Positions 42,301 through 49,929 of a DNA stretch of 64,000 bases are shown piece by piece (position 1 is the first letter of the stretch; each line of letters starts with the position of its first letter). Made by a program: the position numbers and the translations under genes. The notes below the pieces were generated by a model. That model saw only the letters and a list, made by a program, of their open reading frames with translations, had not been told where the DNA came from and made no database searches. The stretch comes from Phoronis australis (taxonomy: Eukaryota; Animalia; Phoronida). Where the stretch lies: positions 87,277 through 151,276 of the forward strand of contig NMRA01000640.1 of assembly GCA_002633005.1 (NCBI GenBank), given 5' to 3'.

Positions 42301-44891
42301 CTGTGCTCAATCAAAAGTGCCGTGAAGCCCAGCACCAACAACAGCAGCTCCTTCAGCTGATACAACAAACAACAAACAGAGTGTGAGGTCAAGGCAAAAA
42401 TACTAAATGAATTTGTATTCAGCAAAGCTCACTAAAGGTTCACAGTGATAAATAGTTCAACATGTAAGTGGACGCAATGCTTTGAAATTTTCAAAATCAG
42501 AGCTAAACACAACGACAGAGCAACATGAAATTGTCAATTAACACAAGTAGCAAATCTTAAGCAACTTTGTCTATATACTAGTAACGAATCAGAATTCATT
42601 TTAGAAGGAACACTCTGCAAAATGCAACGAATTTCGTGAGCTTTCAAGTCCTTTCGACATTTCAACACATACGGTGTCGGTTGTGTTACCATCACACTCT
42701 AAATACTGATTCTATGAATGCCAGACTCGATTTAACATAAATGCTCGCCCCAAGGCAACGCTAACCTGTGAATTATCGGCAGCATCGCAGGGAAGCGTCC
42801 ATTGGTCTTCCTGGTCACGCTTGCACGCCCTCTCCAGGCAGCCGTCAAACAGGTCCAGCACATCGGCCCAGTGGTAGAGCTCACACTATGACAGGACAAG
42901 AGGGACATTAGTGTAGCAAATGGCTGGTCAAAATGAAACACTTCCATGCTAAACCTTTGTAAGCTGCTACTTAAACAAATTTCACGCGACTTAAAGGCAT
43001 TTTGATAATCTAAATGATTTACAATGTTTCCTAATCTGTAAACAACAGCAGGTTGCGCTAGTACACGTTTTTTTAATTAAAGGGCACATGGTCTCTTACA
43101 TTACACAAAAGACAATTCCTCCATAAAAAGCCATTCTATAAAAATGTGTGCACCTCGCACGAACACAATAGCAGTTTTGACACAGTGACCACATTTTAAA
43201 GAATTTACGTTATAACTGCAAATATTTTGTGTTCTTTCACACTGTCCCATTCATATGACATATGCTTCATCATAAAAAAGATCAATCTCCTTCCAAAGCA
43301 GAGAACTAAAAGAAAGATTGAAGAATCTCAAGTAGATACAGAATAAATGAAAAAAGTAGGTAAAAAATTTCATGGCATAACTCCAGTCAAAGATCAGGGC
43401 TTGGAATGACCAATGACAAAAAACGCGGCAACTTTGAAACTTTTACGGCCCAAATCATGCGCGCTACCCAGTCTTGAAATGGTCGATGTGAACCTTTCCC
43501 CGACAAAAATCGGGACTAAAAAAAAAACCGTTACCACCATCAGTAGTCAGCCGAATTAGGCAAGCTTCAGGCAGAAAATTGAAGGTAGACATGCTAATAG
43601 GCAGGTAAAAAACAATTTTGCTGATTTTTAATAACAATATCTGGGAATATGACACTAAAGTCATTACATTATGAGAGTTACTTTAAATGGGTTTAATGTG
43701 AAAGGATTTGCTTTCGATACTTCAAGATCAAAGCCGGGACATTCTACCCGGTATGACATTAACTGGGCTCCACTGAATCGTATATTACCCACCTTTCCAT
43801 ATGTCCATGACTTCACCTCCTTTAAGACGGGTAGCAGCTCCTCGTCAGAACAGCCACGCAATCTGTCTATGAGTAGCCGGCATTCGCTGGGCTGCAACAG
43901 AAACAACATTTATCAACAGCCACTGTGTCACTTCAACACAACAATAAAAATAATCACGACTCTAAACTTAGGCACAAGCAATAGCAAAGTGGCGCAGGAA
44001 CCTTCTTTATAAGGTGAGCAAGCGTCGACAATGAACTTAACACGTGTCGACTTTGTCCGTCGACATTAACAGACAACCAACTTCAGGAGTTACAATACAG
44101 TACATGACAAACGTAATCACACAAAACACCATTTACCAGTATGACATGGCATGGCCCAACATTCCACCTATTCTGATGGTTTGTTACACTTGCACTGTGC
44201 TGTCACAGTGGGCAATTCCGCTAGCATTCCCGACACATGGCCAACTTGTTGACAACTTTATGCGTTTTCCGCAGACTTAGGCACCGAAGAATAACTTAAG
44301 AATAGTTTCAGTGAAGGTCACAAGAACAGTGTGCAACCAAATGAACCCATGATATATTTGGACCAATCAGATTTTGGAAAATTCCCATTTGCTATTGCTG
44401 ATCAGTCACAACTCTAGGTATTATTCACATCAGACAAATAATCTTACTTGGAAACGACTTTCAAATCATGGCAACTGCAACGCACCAACATAATGATTGA
44501 CCAATGCCATTGGCAAGTAATTTTTCAAATTTTTGTCCGAAAGAGACAACTTCAGCTTAAGAACCGTTTCAATTTTGAGTATCAAGACTTGGCTTAAACG
44601 AGAGACACCTGTATCAGACATTAACAGAACAAACCGATTTGGGCAATCACAATTGCCCACCTCCCCAGCTGCATCAGTCTACAATGTCAGTACCACACTC
44701 AACACAGACTGCGTCTTGCTATTTTGTGGTAGACATATACGTCTCGTTACATGGATTTGAATCACGTCTAGTGCGCAATATGTGAAGACTCTTGTTTTCT
44801 GAATGCTACTGTTTGGAATATAACACACTAAAACTGCAAAACTCACCACTTCAGAAGTGCCCTTTTTTAACTTGTTTCTGTCTATCTTCAT
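147..44891 (-). CDS. HUWE1: E3 ubiquitin-protein ligase HUWE1, 5' portion (38 coding exons, ~1791 aa; 3' end incl. HECT domain lies beyond left edge)
   Basis: Spliced exons with GT/AG sites and consistent phases translate to [107 protein letters not shown], then UBA, UIM and WWE, collinear with HUWE1/Tom1 as I recall it. Confidence 0.97.
1293..1408 (-). CDS. HUWE1: HUWE1 coding exon 37, WWE domain first half ([14 protein letters not shown]..)
   Basis: 116 nt, phase 0-2. Confidence 0.93.
1742..1829 (-). CDS. HUWE1: HUWE1 coding exon 36 ([22 protein letters not shown])
   Basis: 88 nt, phase 2-0. Confidence 0.92.
2155..2976. mobile_element. Putative non-autonomous DNA transposon (CAGGGCGGCCA..TGGCAGCCCTG)
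   Basis: Short TIRs; flanks agaccc/acaccc. Confidence 0.45.
3023..3095 (-). ncRNA. SNORD59: Box C/D snoRNA, SNORD59/snR54-like, copy 1
   Basis: C box ATGATGA, guide TGACTTTCGTTCT before D' CTGA, D box CTGA, terminal stem TCAG/CTGA. Confidence 0.85.
3240..3376 (-). CDS. HUWE1: HUWE1 coding exon 35 (EMKMSCA..TSTP)
   Basis: 137 nt, phase 0-2. Confidence 0.9.
3683..3835 (-). CDS. HUWE1: HUWE1 coding exon 34 (..[13 protein letters not shown])
   Basis: 153 nt, phase 0-0. Confidence 0.92.
4064..4140 (-). ncRNA. SNORD59: Box C/D snoRNA, SNORD59/snR54-like, copy 2
   Basis: ATGATGA..ATGACTTTCGTTCTT-CTGA..CTGA. Confidence 0.87.
4473..4597 (-). CDS. HUWE1: HUWE1 coding exon 33 ([23 protein letters not shown])
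   Basis: 125 nt, phase 1-0. Confidence 0.92.
4622..4920. repeat. 15-bp minisatellite (TAAATAGGTCAAGGG)
   Basis: About 18-20 degenerate units. Confidence 0.9.
5228..5369 (-). CDS. HUWE1: HUWE1 coding exon 32 (..[17 protein letters not shown])
   Basis: 142 nt, phase 0-1; tandem CAGCAG acceptor. Confidence 0.88.
5803..5880 (-). ncRNA. SNORD59: Box C/D snoRNA, SNORD59-like, copy 3 (one guide substitution)
   Basis: ATGATGA..TGACTTTCTTTCTG-CTGA..CTGA. Confidence 0.75.
6328..6426 (-). CDS. HUWE1: HUWE1 coding exon 31, UIM ([14 protein letters not shown])
   Basis: 99 nt, phase 0-0. Confidence 0.93.
6484..7279. mobile_element. PIF/Harbinger-type MITE, full length
   Basis: TIRs GGGCTGTTCCAG(C/T)AAAATC.. 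; TAA target duplication at 6481-6483 and 7280-7282. Confidence 0.88.
7851..7961 (-). CDS. HUWE1: HUWE1 coding exon 30, UBA domain ([24 protein letters not shown])
   Basis: 111 nt; UBA MGF motif. Confidence 0.93.
8596..8820. repeat. 27-bp minisatellite (AACAATAAACCTGGACAGTACTRGACA) x~8
   Basis: Near-perfect tandem units. Confidence 0.95.
9352..9510 (-). CDS. HUWE1: HUWE1 coding exon 29 ([16 protein letters not shown])
   Basis: 159 nt, phase 0-0. Confidence 0.88.
10001..10123 (-). CDS. HUWE1: HUWE1 coding exon 28 ([31 protein letters not shown])
   Basis: 123 nt, phase 0-0. Confidence 0.93.
10887..11044 (-). CDS. HUWE1: HUWE1 coding exon 27 ([18 protein letters not shown]..)
   Basis: 158 nt, phase 1-0. 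Confidence 0.93.
11650..11785 (-). ncRNA. Putative box H/ACA snoRNA, unassigned family, locus 1
   Basis: GCATTG..CAGTGC hairpin with pocket TTTGATCT/TATAA, hinge ACATAGA, second hairpin GTTCAC..GTGAAT, ACA+3 nt. Confidence 0.7.
12357..12640. repeat. 21-bp minisatellite (AAACACAGTTCACACACTGCT) x~13
   Basis: Tandem units; only ~3 units in the duplicate at ~14420-14500. Confidence 0.93.
13150..13223 (-). CDS. HUWE1: HUWE1 coding exon 26, copy B (likely second haplotype)
   Basis: Synonymous differences only vs 15020-15093; next to an N gap. Confidence 0.8.
13706..13841 (-). ncRNA. Putative box H/ACA snoRNA, unassigned family, haplotype duplicate of locus 1
   Basis: Same sequence as 11650-11785. 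Confidence 0.65.
15020..15093 (-). CDS. HUWE1: HUWE1 coding exon 26, copy A ([13 protein letters not shown])
   Basis: 74 nt, phase 2-1; duplicated at 13150-13223. Confidence 0.87.
15805..15927 (-). CDS. HUWE1: HUWE1 coding exon 25 ([20 protein letters not shown]..)
   Basis: 123 nt, phase 2-2. Confidence 0.93.
16521..16654 (-). ncRNA. Putative box H/ACA snoRNA, unassigned family, locus 2 duplicate
   Basis: Near-identical to 17692-17825; abuts N gap. Confidence 0.62.
17042..17641. mobile_element. MITE with 18-bp TIR GAACCTAAATATCGGACA
   Basis: Inverted repeat at ~17042-17059 and ~17624-17641. Confidence 0.6.
17692..17825 (-). ncRNA. Putative box H/ACA snoRNA, unassigned family, locus 2
   Basis: Same pockets (TTTGATCT/TATAA, CAGCC) as locus 1 but different stems (CAGTCAC/GTGACTG); ACA+CAT. 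Confidence 0.7.
17869..18608 (-). CDS. HUWE1: HUWE1 coding exon 24 ([17 protein letters not shown]); partial duplicate at 18992-19179
   Basis: 740 nt, phase 0-2; [26 protein letters not shown] motif. Confidence 0.94.
19356..19601 (-). CDS. HUWE1: HUWE1 coding exon 23 ([17 protein letters not shown]); partial duplicate at 18785-18990
   Basis: 246 nt, phase 0-0. Confidence 0.92.
20194..20370 (-). CDS. HUWE1: HUWE1 coding exon 22 ([17 protein letters not shown]..)
   Basis: 177 nt, phase 0-0. Confidence 0.94.
21144..21220 (-). ncRNA. SNORD59: Box C/D snoRNA, SNORD59-like, copy 4
   Basis: TTGATGA C box, intact guide, D' and D boxes, terminal stem TCAGAA/TTCTGA. Confidence 0.85.
21865..21934 (-). 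CDS. HUWE1: HUWE1 coding exon 21, copy B (likely second haplotype)
   Basis: Same sequence as 23217-23286. Confidence 0.8.
22269..22821. mobile_element. Same Harbinger-type MITE, cut by contig join (n at 22822)
   Basis: TTA-GGGCTGTTCCAGCAAAATC start; internal sequence matches 6484-7279. Confidence 0.85.
23217..23286 (-). CDS. HUWE1: HUWE1 coding exon 21, copy A (..[11 protein letters not shown])
   Basis: 70 nt, phase 2-0; duplicated at 21865-21934. Confidence 0.85.
23972..24269 (-). CDS. HUWE1: HUWE1 coding exon 20 ([18 protein letters not shown]..)
   Basis: 298 nt, phase 1-2. Confidence 0.93.
24410..24484 (-). ncRNA. SNORD59: Box C/D snoRNA, SNORD59-like, copy 5
   Basis: GTGATGA C box, intact guide, D' and D boxes, terminal stem CAGAA/TTCTG. 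Confidence 0.87.
24564..24741 (-). CDS. HUWE1: HUWE1 coding exon 19 ([30 protein letters not shown])
   Basis: 178 nt, phase 0-1. Confidence 0.94.
25069..25175 (-). CDS. HUWE1: HUWE1 coding exon 18 ([23 protein letters not shown]..)
   Basis: 107 nt, phase 1-0. Confidence 0.93.
25781..25861 (-). CDS. HUWE1: HUWE1 coding exon 17 ([26 protein letters not shown])
   Basis: 81 nt, phase 1-1. Confidence 0.93.
26441..26575 (-). ncRNA. SNORA8: Box H/ACA snoRNA, SNORA8-like, copy 1
   Basis: Hairpin GCATTTC..GAAATGC with pocket GTATCT, hinge AGACTGA, second hairpin with pocket GCATCGTT/TGG, terminal ACA+3 nt. Confidence 0.82.
26604..26720. repeat. 23-bp minisatellite (AGAGGTCACGGTTACAACAGGAC) x5
   Basis: Near-perfect tandem units. 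Confidence 0.95.
27178..27279 (-). CDS. HUWE1: HUWE1 coding exon 16 ([20 protein letters not shown]..)
   Basis: 102 nt, phase 1-1. Confidence 0.93.
27902..28112 (-). CDS. HUWE1: HUWE1 coding exon 15, copy B (likely second haplotype)
   Basis: Near-identical to 30528-30738 (TATAT vs TATAA). Confidence 0.8.
28217..28352 (-). ncRNA. SNORA8: Box H/ACA snoRNA, SNORA8-like, copy 2
   Basis: Same fold and pockets, H box AAATCA, ACA tail. Confidence 0.82.
28807..28994 (-). CDS. HUWE1: HUWE1 coding exon 14, copy B (likely second haplotype)
   Basis: Same peptide as 32178-32365. Confidence 0.8.
29997..30177. mobile_element. ~180-bp dispersed MITE (ATTGACCTATCGC..GCGACAGGTCAGT); copies at ~33360-33539, ~36775-36935, ~61855-62174
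   Basis: TIRs and shared internal gaccaatcagaacgcagcattcttga core in at least four places. Confidence 0.7.
30528..30738 (-). CDS. HUWE1: HUWE1 coding exon 15, copy A ([12 protein letters not shown]..)
   Basis: 211 nt, phase 0-1; duplicated at 27902-28112. Confidence 0.85.
30842..30977 (-). ncRNA. SNORA8: Box H/ACA snoRNA, SNORA8-like, haplotype duplicate of copy 2
   Basis: Same sequence as 28217-28352, inside duplicated block. Confidence 0.78.
31393..32145. mobile_element. Same Harbinger-type MITE, full length
   Basis: TIRs; TTA duplication; empty site tcacTTAcatgg at 28771-28782 in the duplicate block. Confidence 0.92.
32178..32365 (-). CDS. HUWE1: HUWE1 coding exon 14, copy A ([19 protein letters not shown])
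   Basis: 188 nt, phase 1-0; duplicated at 28807-28994. Confidence 0.88.
33803..33883 (-). CDS. HUWE1: HUWE1 coding exon 13 (..[12 protein letters not shown])
   Basis: 81 nt, phase 1-1. Confidence 0.92.
34170..34305 (-). ncRNA. SNORA8: Box H/ACA snoRNA, SNORA8-like, copy 3
   Basis: Same fold and pockets, hinge ACATGGA, ACA tail. Confidence 0.8.
35043..35131 (-). CDS. HUWE1: HUWE1 coding exon 12 (..[19 protein letters not shown]..)
   Basis: 89 nt, phase 2-1. Confidence 0.92.
35583..35644 (-). CDS. HUWE1: HUWE1 coding exon 11 ([20 protein letters not shown])
   Basis: 62 nt, phase 0-2. Confidence 0.92.
36182..36282 (-). CDS. HUWE1: HUWE1 coding exon 10 ([16 protein letters not shown]..)
   Basis: 101 nt, phase 1-0. 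Confidence 0.92.
36502..36635 (-). ncRNA. SNORA8: Box H/ACA snoRNA, SNORA8-like, copy 4
   Basis: Same fold and pockets, canonical H box AGACTA, ACA+CCA. Confidence 0.84.
36985..37084 (-). CDS. HUWE1: HUWE1 coding exon 9 ([24 protein letters not shown])
   Basis: 100 nt, phase 0-1. Confidence 0.92.
37664..37780 (-). CDS. HUWE1: HUWE1 coding exon 8 (..[16 protein letters not shown])
   Basis: 117 nt, phase 0-0. Confidence 0.9.
38217..38291 (-). CDS. HUWE1: HUWE1 coding exon 7 ([14 protein letters not shown]..)
   Basis: 75 nt, phase 0-0. Confidence 0.9.
38526..38588 (-). CDS. HUWE1: HUWE1 coding exon 6 ([17 protein letters not shown])
   Basis: 63 nt, phase 0-0. Confidence 0.92.
39334..39412 (-). 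CDS. HUWE1: HUWE1 coding exon 5 ([15 protein letters not shown])
   Basis: 79 nt, phase 2-0. Confidence 0.92.
39459..41413. mobile_element. Non-autonomous TTAA-targeting DNA transposon, Kolobok-like
   Basis: TTAA-GGTAGGTGGATACAC ... GTGTATACACCTACC-TTAA; GG..CC termini rather than piggyBac CCC. Confidence 0.75.
41705..41864. mobile_element. Short CA..TG MITE (CAGGGGTGGATCC family)
   Basis: Imperfect TIRs; 5-bp duplication AAAAG on both sides. Confidence 0.7.
42196..42356 (-). CDS. HUWE1: HUWE1 coding exon 4 ([20 protein letters not shown])
   Basis: 161 nt, phase 0-2. Confidence 0.93.
42766..42885 (-). CDS. HUWE1: HUWE1 coding exon 3 ([14 protein letters not shown]..)
   Basis: 120 nt, phase 0-0. 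Confidence 0.93.
43793..43891 (-). CDS. HUWE1: HUWE1 coding exon 2 (PSECRLL..WTYGK)
   Basis: 99 nt, AG/GT, phase 0-0. Confidence 0.93.
44847..44891 (-). CDS. HUWE1: HUWE1 coding exon 1 ([15 protein letters not shown]); exon begins at 44950 with 59 nt of 5'UTR
   Basis: ATG 44891; acceptor TTTCTAG at 44951; donor GTGAGT; 45 coding nt. Confidence 0.93.
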
Positions 44892-46000
44892 TTTGGGTAC
44901 ATTTCCGTAACGACTAGCACGGCAAACCTCTTGTCGGGATTTACACCGGACTAGAAATAGAACACAAAGCCTTGATGTCTTCATAACTACAGTTCACATC
45001 GATCATCTCACCAAGATATCATTTCAGACAAGGTCAAAATCCCTCCACAGTGATTTTAACTTAACAGAACAAAGTATGTTCTTCAGGAATAGATCTGCAA
45101 GTGCACCTAGACATTTCGAGTGGCAATAAGGGTACCTGATATGCAATTTTTATTCCCAGAGGTTATGCCTTGGATTCATACCACAGCTTCATTGAAGAAT
45201 TGCGTATTTGCTAAGCCAAAAGCATTAGTTCTTGTTAGGTAATAGTGAGATAATATGACTTAATGCGCCCGTTTAAAAATTTCCTGGCAATACATGTGGA
45301 ATAAAATGAAATGGCGAGATATGCTTTCCTCATCCCCAGTAGACAAGAAGGTTTTAAACGAGCATTTTATTTTTGAACATTATTGCTCCTTTTACTAGCT
45401 GCAAGAGGAACCAAAGCTAATAAGATTCCGGAACAATCCTCAGACTCAGAGGACCCCAGATACAACACCATGTCCAATATCCTGATACGAAGCCCAAAAG
45501 AATCTCACATACACATATGATTTAACGCGAATTCGAGTTCTGGACAAAAGCCCCGAGGCGAGGGCTTCAACTACTCAAGGCCAAGCCAATTTTCAAGTAC
45601 GAAACAGCGAGGTTCAATGGCCTGGCTAACATGTGTACTAGTATTTTGATTGAGCATAACCACGGCACAATAATCAGTTGTAGTCAATAAAACCTCACAA
45701 AATGACAATGACAAATTCGGTACGCTACATTATAAATATAAGTGTAGGAAACCACACTTGAGTGTAAATCTACAATCACTTTCGTTAAGAAAAGATTCGG
45801 CGTCAACGGAATGAATCGACGAAACGGCCGCTTGCAACGCATACCTGGTGATAATCGGCAAATGCGCGACTATCAGGGTTCACTCTTGCTTTAAATGGTA
45901 CAAGCCAACACTCATACTTTTGTACAAAGGACAAATGGCAATCATTTCAGTCATTTTTAGCGATTTTCTTCAAATGAAACAGAAGAAAGACATCACTCAC

Positions 46001-46030
46001 CTCGTTGCCGCCATCTTGGAAATAGGAAGT
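46001..46030 (-). other. HUWE1: Probable non-coding first exon of HUWE1 (5' end approximate)
   Basis: Minus-strand donor GAG|GTGAGT at 46000 directly downstream of a YY1 motif in a CpG-richer region. Confidence 0.6.
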
Positions 46031-46032
46031 GG
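46005..46032 (-). promoter_or_regulatory. HUWE1 core promoter: YY1 motif (CAAGATGGCGGC) and ETS motif (GGAAGT)
   Basis: gccgccatcttg at ~46007-46018 and ggaagt at 46025-46030, typical of housekeeping-gene start sites. Confidence 0.6.
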
Positions 46033-46819
46033 CTCTGATAAAATGCGCAGCCGTGATGACACACATTTCTTGACCTGTTTTCTCGCCATATGGCAAAGTC
46101 TCAAATCGTCGATAGGTTGCGCTATGGGAAAGTCACGATGGGCACACTGAGAAAGTCCAGTAGGTGAGGCTACAACAGCAAATTTTTGCGCCTACGAAAC
46201 AACAAGAATAACTTAACAGCACACTCCGCGTCATTGGCGCAAAAAATTCATTGGAGCACTGAGATTGCTTGACGGGCACATTGACTAAAGCTGGACGCCC
46301 GAACTAAGGAAACAATTCAGTGATCAGGCAAGCGGCCACCGCACACACTCGGGTCCTGGCCGGCGTATGCTGGCCTATGACACTTCAGAGGCCGTGCTAA
46401 ATTCGCCCACAACCCGCGTTTTTCTAGAATGATCCCTAGAACAGTCGGTATATTTCCAGTTTTCCACGTCTTCACGCTATAACTAAATCAAGTACATCAT
46501 GCTCAGCTATACGCCGGACTCCGTCGCTCTACTCGGTTGGCAACTCGGCTGTTCGGTCTTTGGTTCGGTGAAGTAAGTCGGGCTCTTTCTTACTTTGACT
46601 TTTCATCCTGTCGCCTCAGCTACTGATACCTGACTTTTATACAACACGGCGTACAGTAGCCAATTGCGATTTCAAAAACATCCGCGAAACGAACTTCGAT
46701 CCTCTCACGAGTTGGTCAATGAGTGCTGGACTGGGTGGTTTTTTAAAAGAAGCGATCAGTGAAAAATGACCTGGTCAGTAATAATTATAAACACGGGACG
46801 TTTTTTGTCTCCAGTAGTT

Positions 46820-47173
46820 CATAGGCGGATTTAGGGGGCAGGGGGCCCGGGCCCACCCCCCGGCCCCCCTTGGCTGCCGAAAGCAAAAATGGAACCAGTG
46901 TGAAGCGCCGGAGGAAATAATGAGTAAGCAACTGAGGACGGGGCTGGGAAGGGGGTGCCCCAGATCGCGGCGTTCCCGTTTTGTTTATTTTTATTTTTAT
47001 GTTTTTTTTTAGTCCACCGGTAGATTTTCCGAACAGATGGTTCACATACTCGGTTCCCCGCAACTTCGGGCCTGTACTGCAGGCATACAATCGCACTTTG
47101 TCCGATGATTCCCCGAGACAGCGTGTTCGCCCCCCCCCCGCCCCCCTTGGAATCCCGGCTAGATCCGACACTG
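46820..47173. mobile_element. CA..TG MITE (CATAGGCGGATTTAG..CTAGATCCGACACTG)
   Basis: Imperfect TIRs with G/C runs; 5-bp duplication TAGTT. Confidence 0.72.
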
Positions 47174-49198
47174 TAGTTTTATAAACAAGTTCAGTGAAAT
47201 CCTTCTGTGTGATGTATGTTTTGTTGAAATGAGTAATCAAACCAAAACGAGAAATTTCTTCTTTAATGAATTCAAGTTTGCTGTTTTACCCACACTTCCG
47301 AAATTACTTAACGAGACGCCGGGACGTTCTAATGCCGGCGAGTGTCACAGGCGATATCCCAATGGTGAGGGCCAACACTGAATTGGTCGGACTTCAAAAC
47401 CCACTTGCCGGTGTTCAAACCATCTAGCTGATCATACTGTTAACTTGAGTTGTGAAGTTGAGCCTGCGGTCAAGTTCTACACAAAAAGTGACGCATGTGG
47501 TCAGATGTTGCAATCAACTTCCCATCGTAGGTAGGGCAAGGGAAATCATCAACACTGTGGCGATTGTCCAGAGTACAGAAGAGAGCTTCACATTTGTCTC
47601 CATAGCAGCTCATTCCGCTGGTAGCACAAAACTCGCAGATTTTCATCAATGAAGACTGTGCTTTGTGGAGAATCTCATGATGTGTATATAATATTCAAAC
47701 GGTTAATAGATCAGACAACTTCGTAAAACAAAGACCATTTTGCAACATTGCAGCGGCAAACAGTGCCGAACCTAGTCCTGCAGCCAACGCTAGTGTAACA
47801 TTTTAGATTGACCAGATACGGTGTGGACGATGATGCATGCGATATTTTTTGGAATATCGGACACCAGAAGCATTGCCAAGCGACCATATTTCTGACTTTG
47901 ATAACTTATTTGCTTTCCTCGTATTAAATTGTCTCTTTGTCGTTTCAGTTGCTCAATTGGCCATCAGGAAGTGATGAAAAAGTAAATAGCTAAAATAATT
48001 ATAAGTACGATAGTCTTCAAAGTGAGACTATGCAACTACCACGATGATAGCATTCGTTTCGTAAGCTGGCGTAGATCATTATTTTGTAAACATTGTAGAA
48101 ACCTCCCGTTTGGTTTCAATTCCAGAGGACCGCGGTTTTTAAATGTAATGAGGAAGCACAAGCATCAGTTTAATCCATTACACGTCCCCGATGCTCTACA
48201 TTCCGGCATCACAATTCGCATGCAAAGTACCACGGTTCAGAGATCCGAAACTTAACGCATTAATTTGGCTAATTTTATCGTATTTCGATCTTAGCGTAAA
48301 AATAATGCGGACAAAGATAATTCAATTTCACAGGTTAACAATTCGGTGAATCACCAGTTTTAGTCCACGATGCGTTATATCCATTTGGTTTAGCAAGTGT
48401 TTTCATGAGGAAAGCTCGCCTGGTTTCCAGCTACAGCTCTACGGCCCTCGTACTGCTGTTCTGTTTATAACCTCGAAAGTATCAATTTACCAACCCCCAG
48501 TGTTGCCACTAGTAGTAGAAATAGTTAACATTGGAACTTGACACCCAGCAACAAGCCGTTAGCTGCCAGGCCTATTATTCTGTACACTAGATAAATTATT
48601 TTTATCAACTATTTAAAGATTTTTCGTTAGAAAAAACAAAAGCAGCACACAAAACAGGTTATGACATAACGTCGAAATTTTTTTCTACGCCCAATACTTC
48701 TTTTTTAGGACAATTGTCGCATTAGCAATGGCTTCTCTGCAATCAGTTAATATGATACTTGAGGTTGCTACAGTTTGTTTCAATGGCGCAGGCGGATGTT
48801 TCAGTATTAAGTATAGACCTACACGTACATGTCTTAAATTGAATTCTGTCTCTAGGCGGATTCGGGAGGGCGTCCATTTATTTTTCTAAAATTGTTTTTG
48901 GTCCACCTTTTAGACACCTCACTTAGACTCCCTTCCCATTGATTCTCCCCGGTGAGGGACTGCATTCTCAAGAGAGCATCCCCTTGACTCCTTACAGTTA
49001 CAAACTGACCTAAACTCTATCACTGGTCTCACAAATGGAAGATGAACCTGGAAAAATGTTGATCTTTAGTATTTTCTAAGTCCAAGAATACTCATTTACA
49101 AACAAATCCAATGCTGGACATAACACTCAATGGGGAAATTATTCCCAAAAAGCTCATACATATATGCATTGGCTTGCTACTAGACCATAAGCTTACAT

Positions 49199-49905
49199 CA
49201 TAGGCGGATTTAGGGGGGGGGCAGGGGGCCCNNNNNNNNNNNNNNNNNNNNNNNNNNNNNNNNNNNNNNNNNNNNNNNNNNNNNNNNNNNNNNNNNNNNN
49301 NNNNNNNNNNNNNNNNNNNNNNNNNNNNNNNNNNNNNNNNNNNNNNNNNNNNNNNNNNNNNNNNNNNNNNNNTGGTAAGATGTGAATTTTAATCGAAGCC
49401 TTAGTGAATCACTCAGAAACTCGCAATACTCTCTTTGTCAAACCTTATCTTAAGACGATTTCCAAAGCAATCCCGTCATTATTGCCAACACGAAAAACGG
49501 ATTTGGCCTTTTGGGCATTTGAAGACTATTTTAAATACGACAAATTTGTTAAGAATTGATAGCACAAAATATAAAACGTGTAATAAACATTACAAAAAGA
49601 AGTAGGTTTCGCGCGCAAACGCTATGGACCATAAATAAGTAGGTCTCTTAGACACAGGTTAGTACTTAAGTCGTGGTGGTGTAGTGGTAACGCACGCACT
49701 CTCTGTCCGCGAGGTCGTGAGTTCGAGTCTTAGGTTCTTGCATTTTTTTCTGTTCGACACGTTCTCTGTTTTTTTTCTCTTTTTTGCCTCTTTTGTCTTC
49801 AGGAATCAAGGAAAATGCTTGATTTTTAGATGTAAAAACAGAAAAATTTCTTGTGCGGGAGGGGGGCAAACCCCCCTCCCTTGTGATATCCTAGATCCGC
49901 CACTG
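49199..49905. mobile_element. CA..TG MITE ends spanning an N gap
   Basis: CATAGGCGGATTTAG.. and ..CTAGATCCGCCACTG; flanks tacat/tatat. Confidence 0.5.
49669..49735 (+). pseudogene. tRNA-derived SINE head or tRNA pseudogene
   Basis: A box TGGTGTAGTGG and B box GTTCGAGTC at tRNA spacing, no intact acceptor stem, followed by a T-rich tract. Confidence 0.55.
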
Positions 49906-49929
49906 TATATTTACTCCTCACTGTCGCGA

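Noticed and set aside
147-44891. let-7/miR-98 cluster as in vertebrate HUWE1 introns
   Set aside because: No TGAGGTAG-containing hairpin noticed on the sense strand by eye
49669-49735. Functional tRNA gene
   Set aside because: Acceptor stem does not pair; treated as a SINE head or pseudogene
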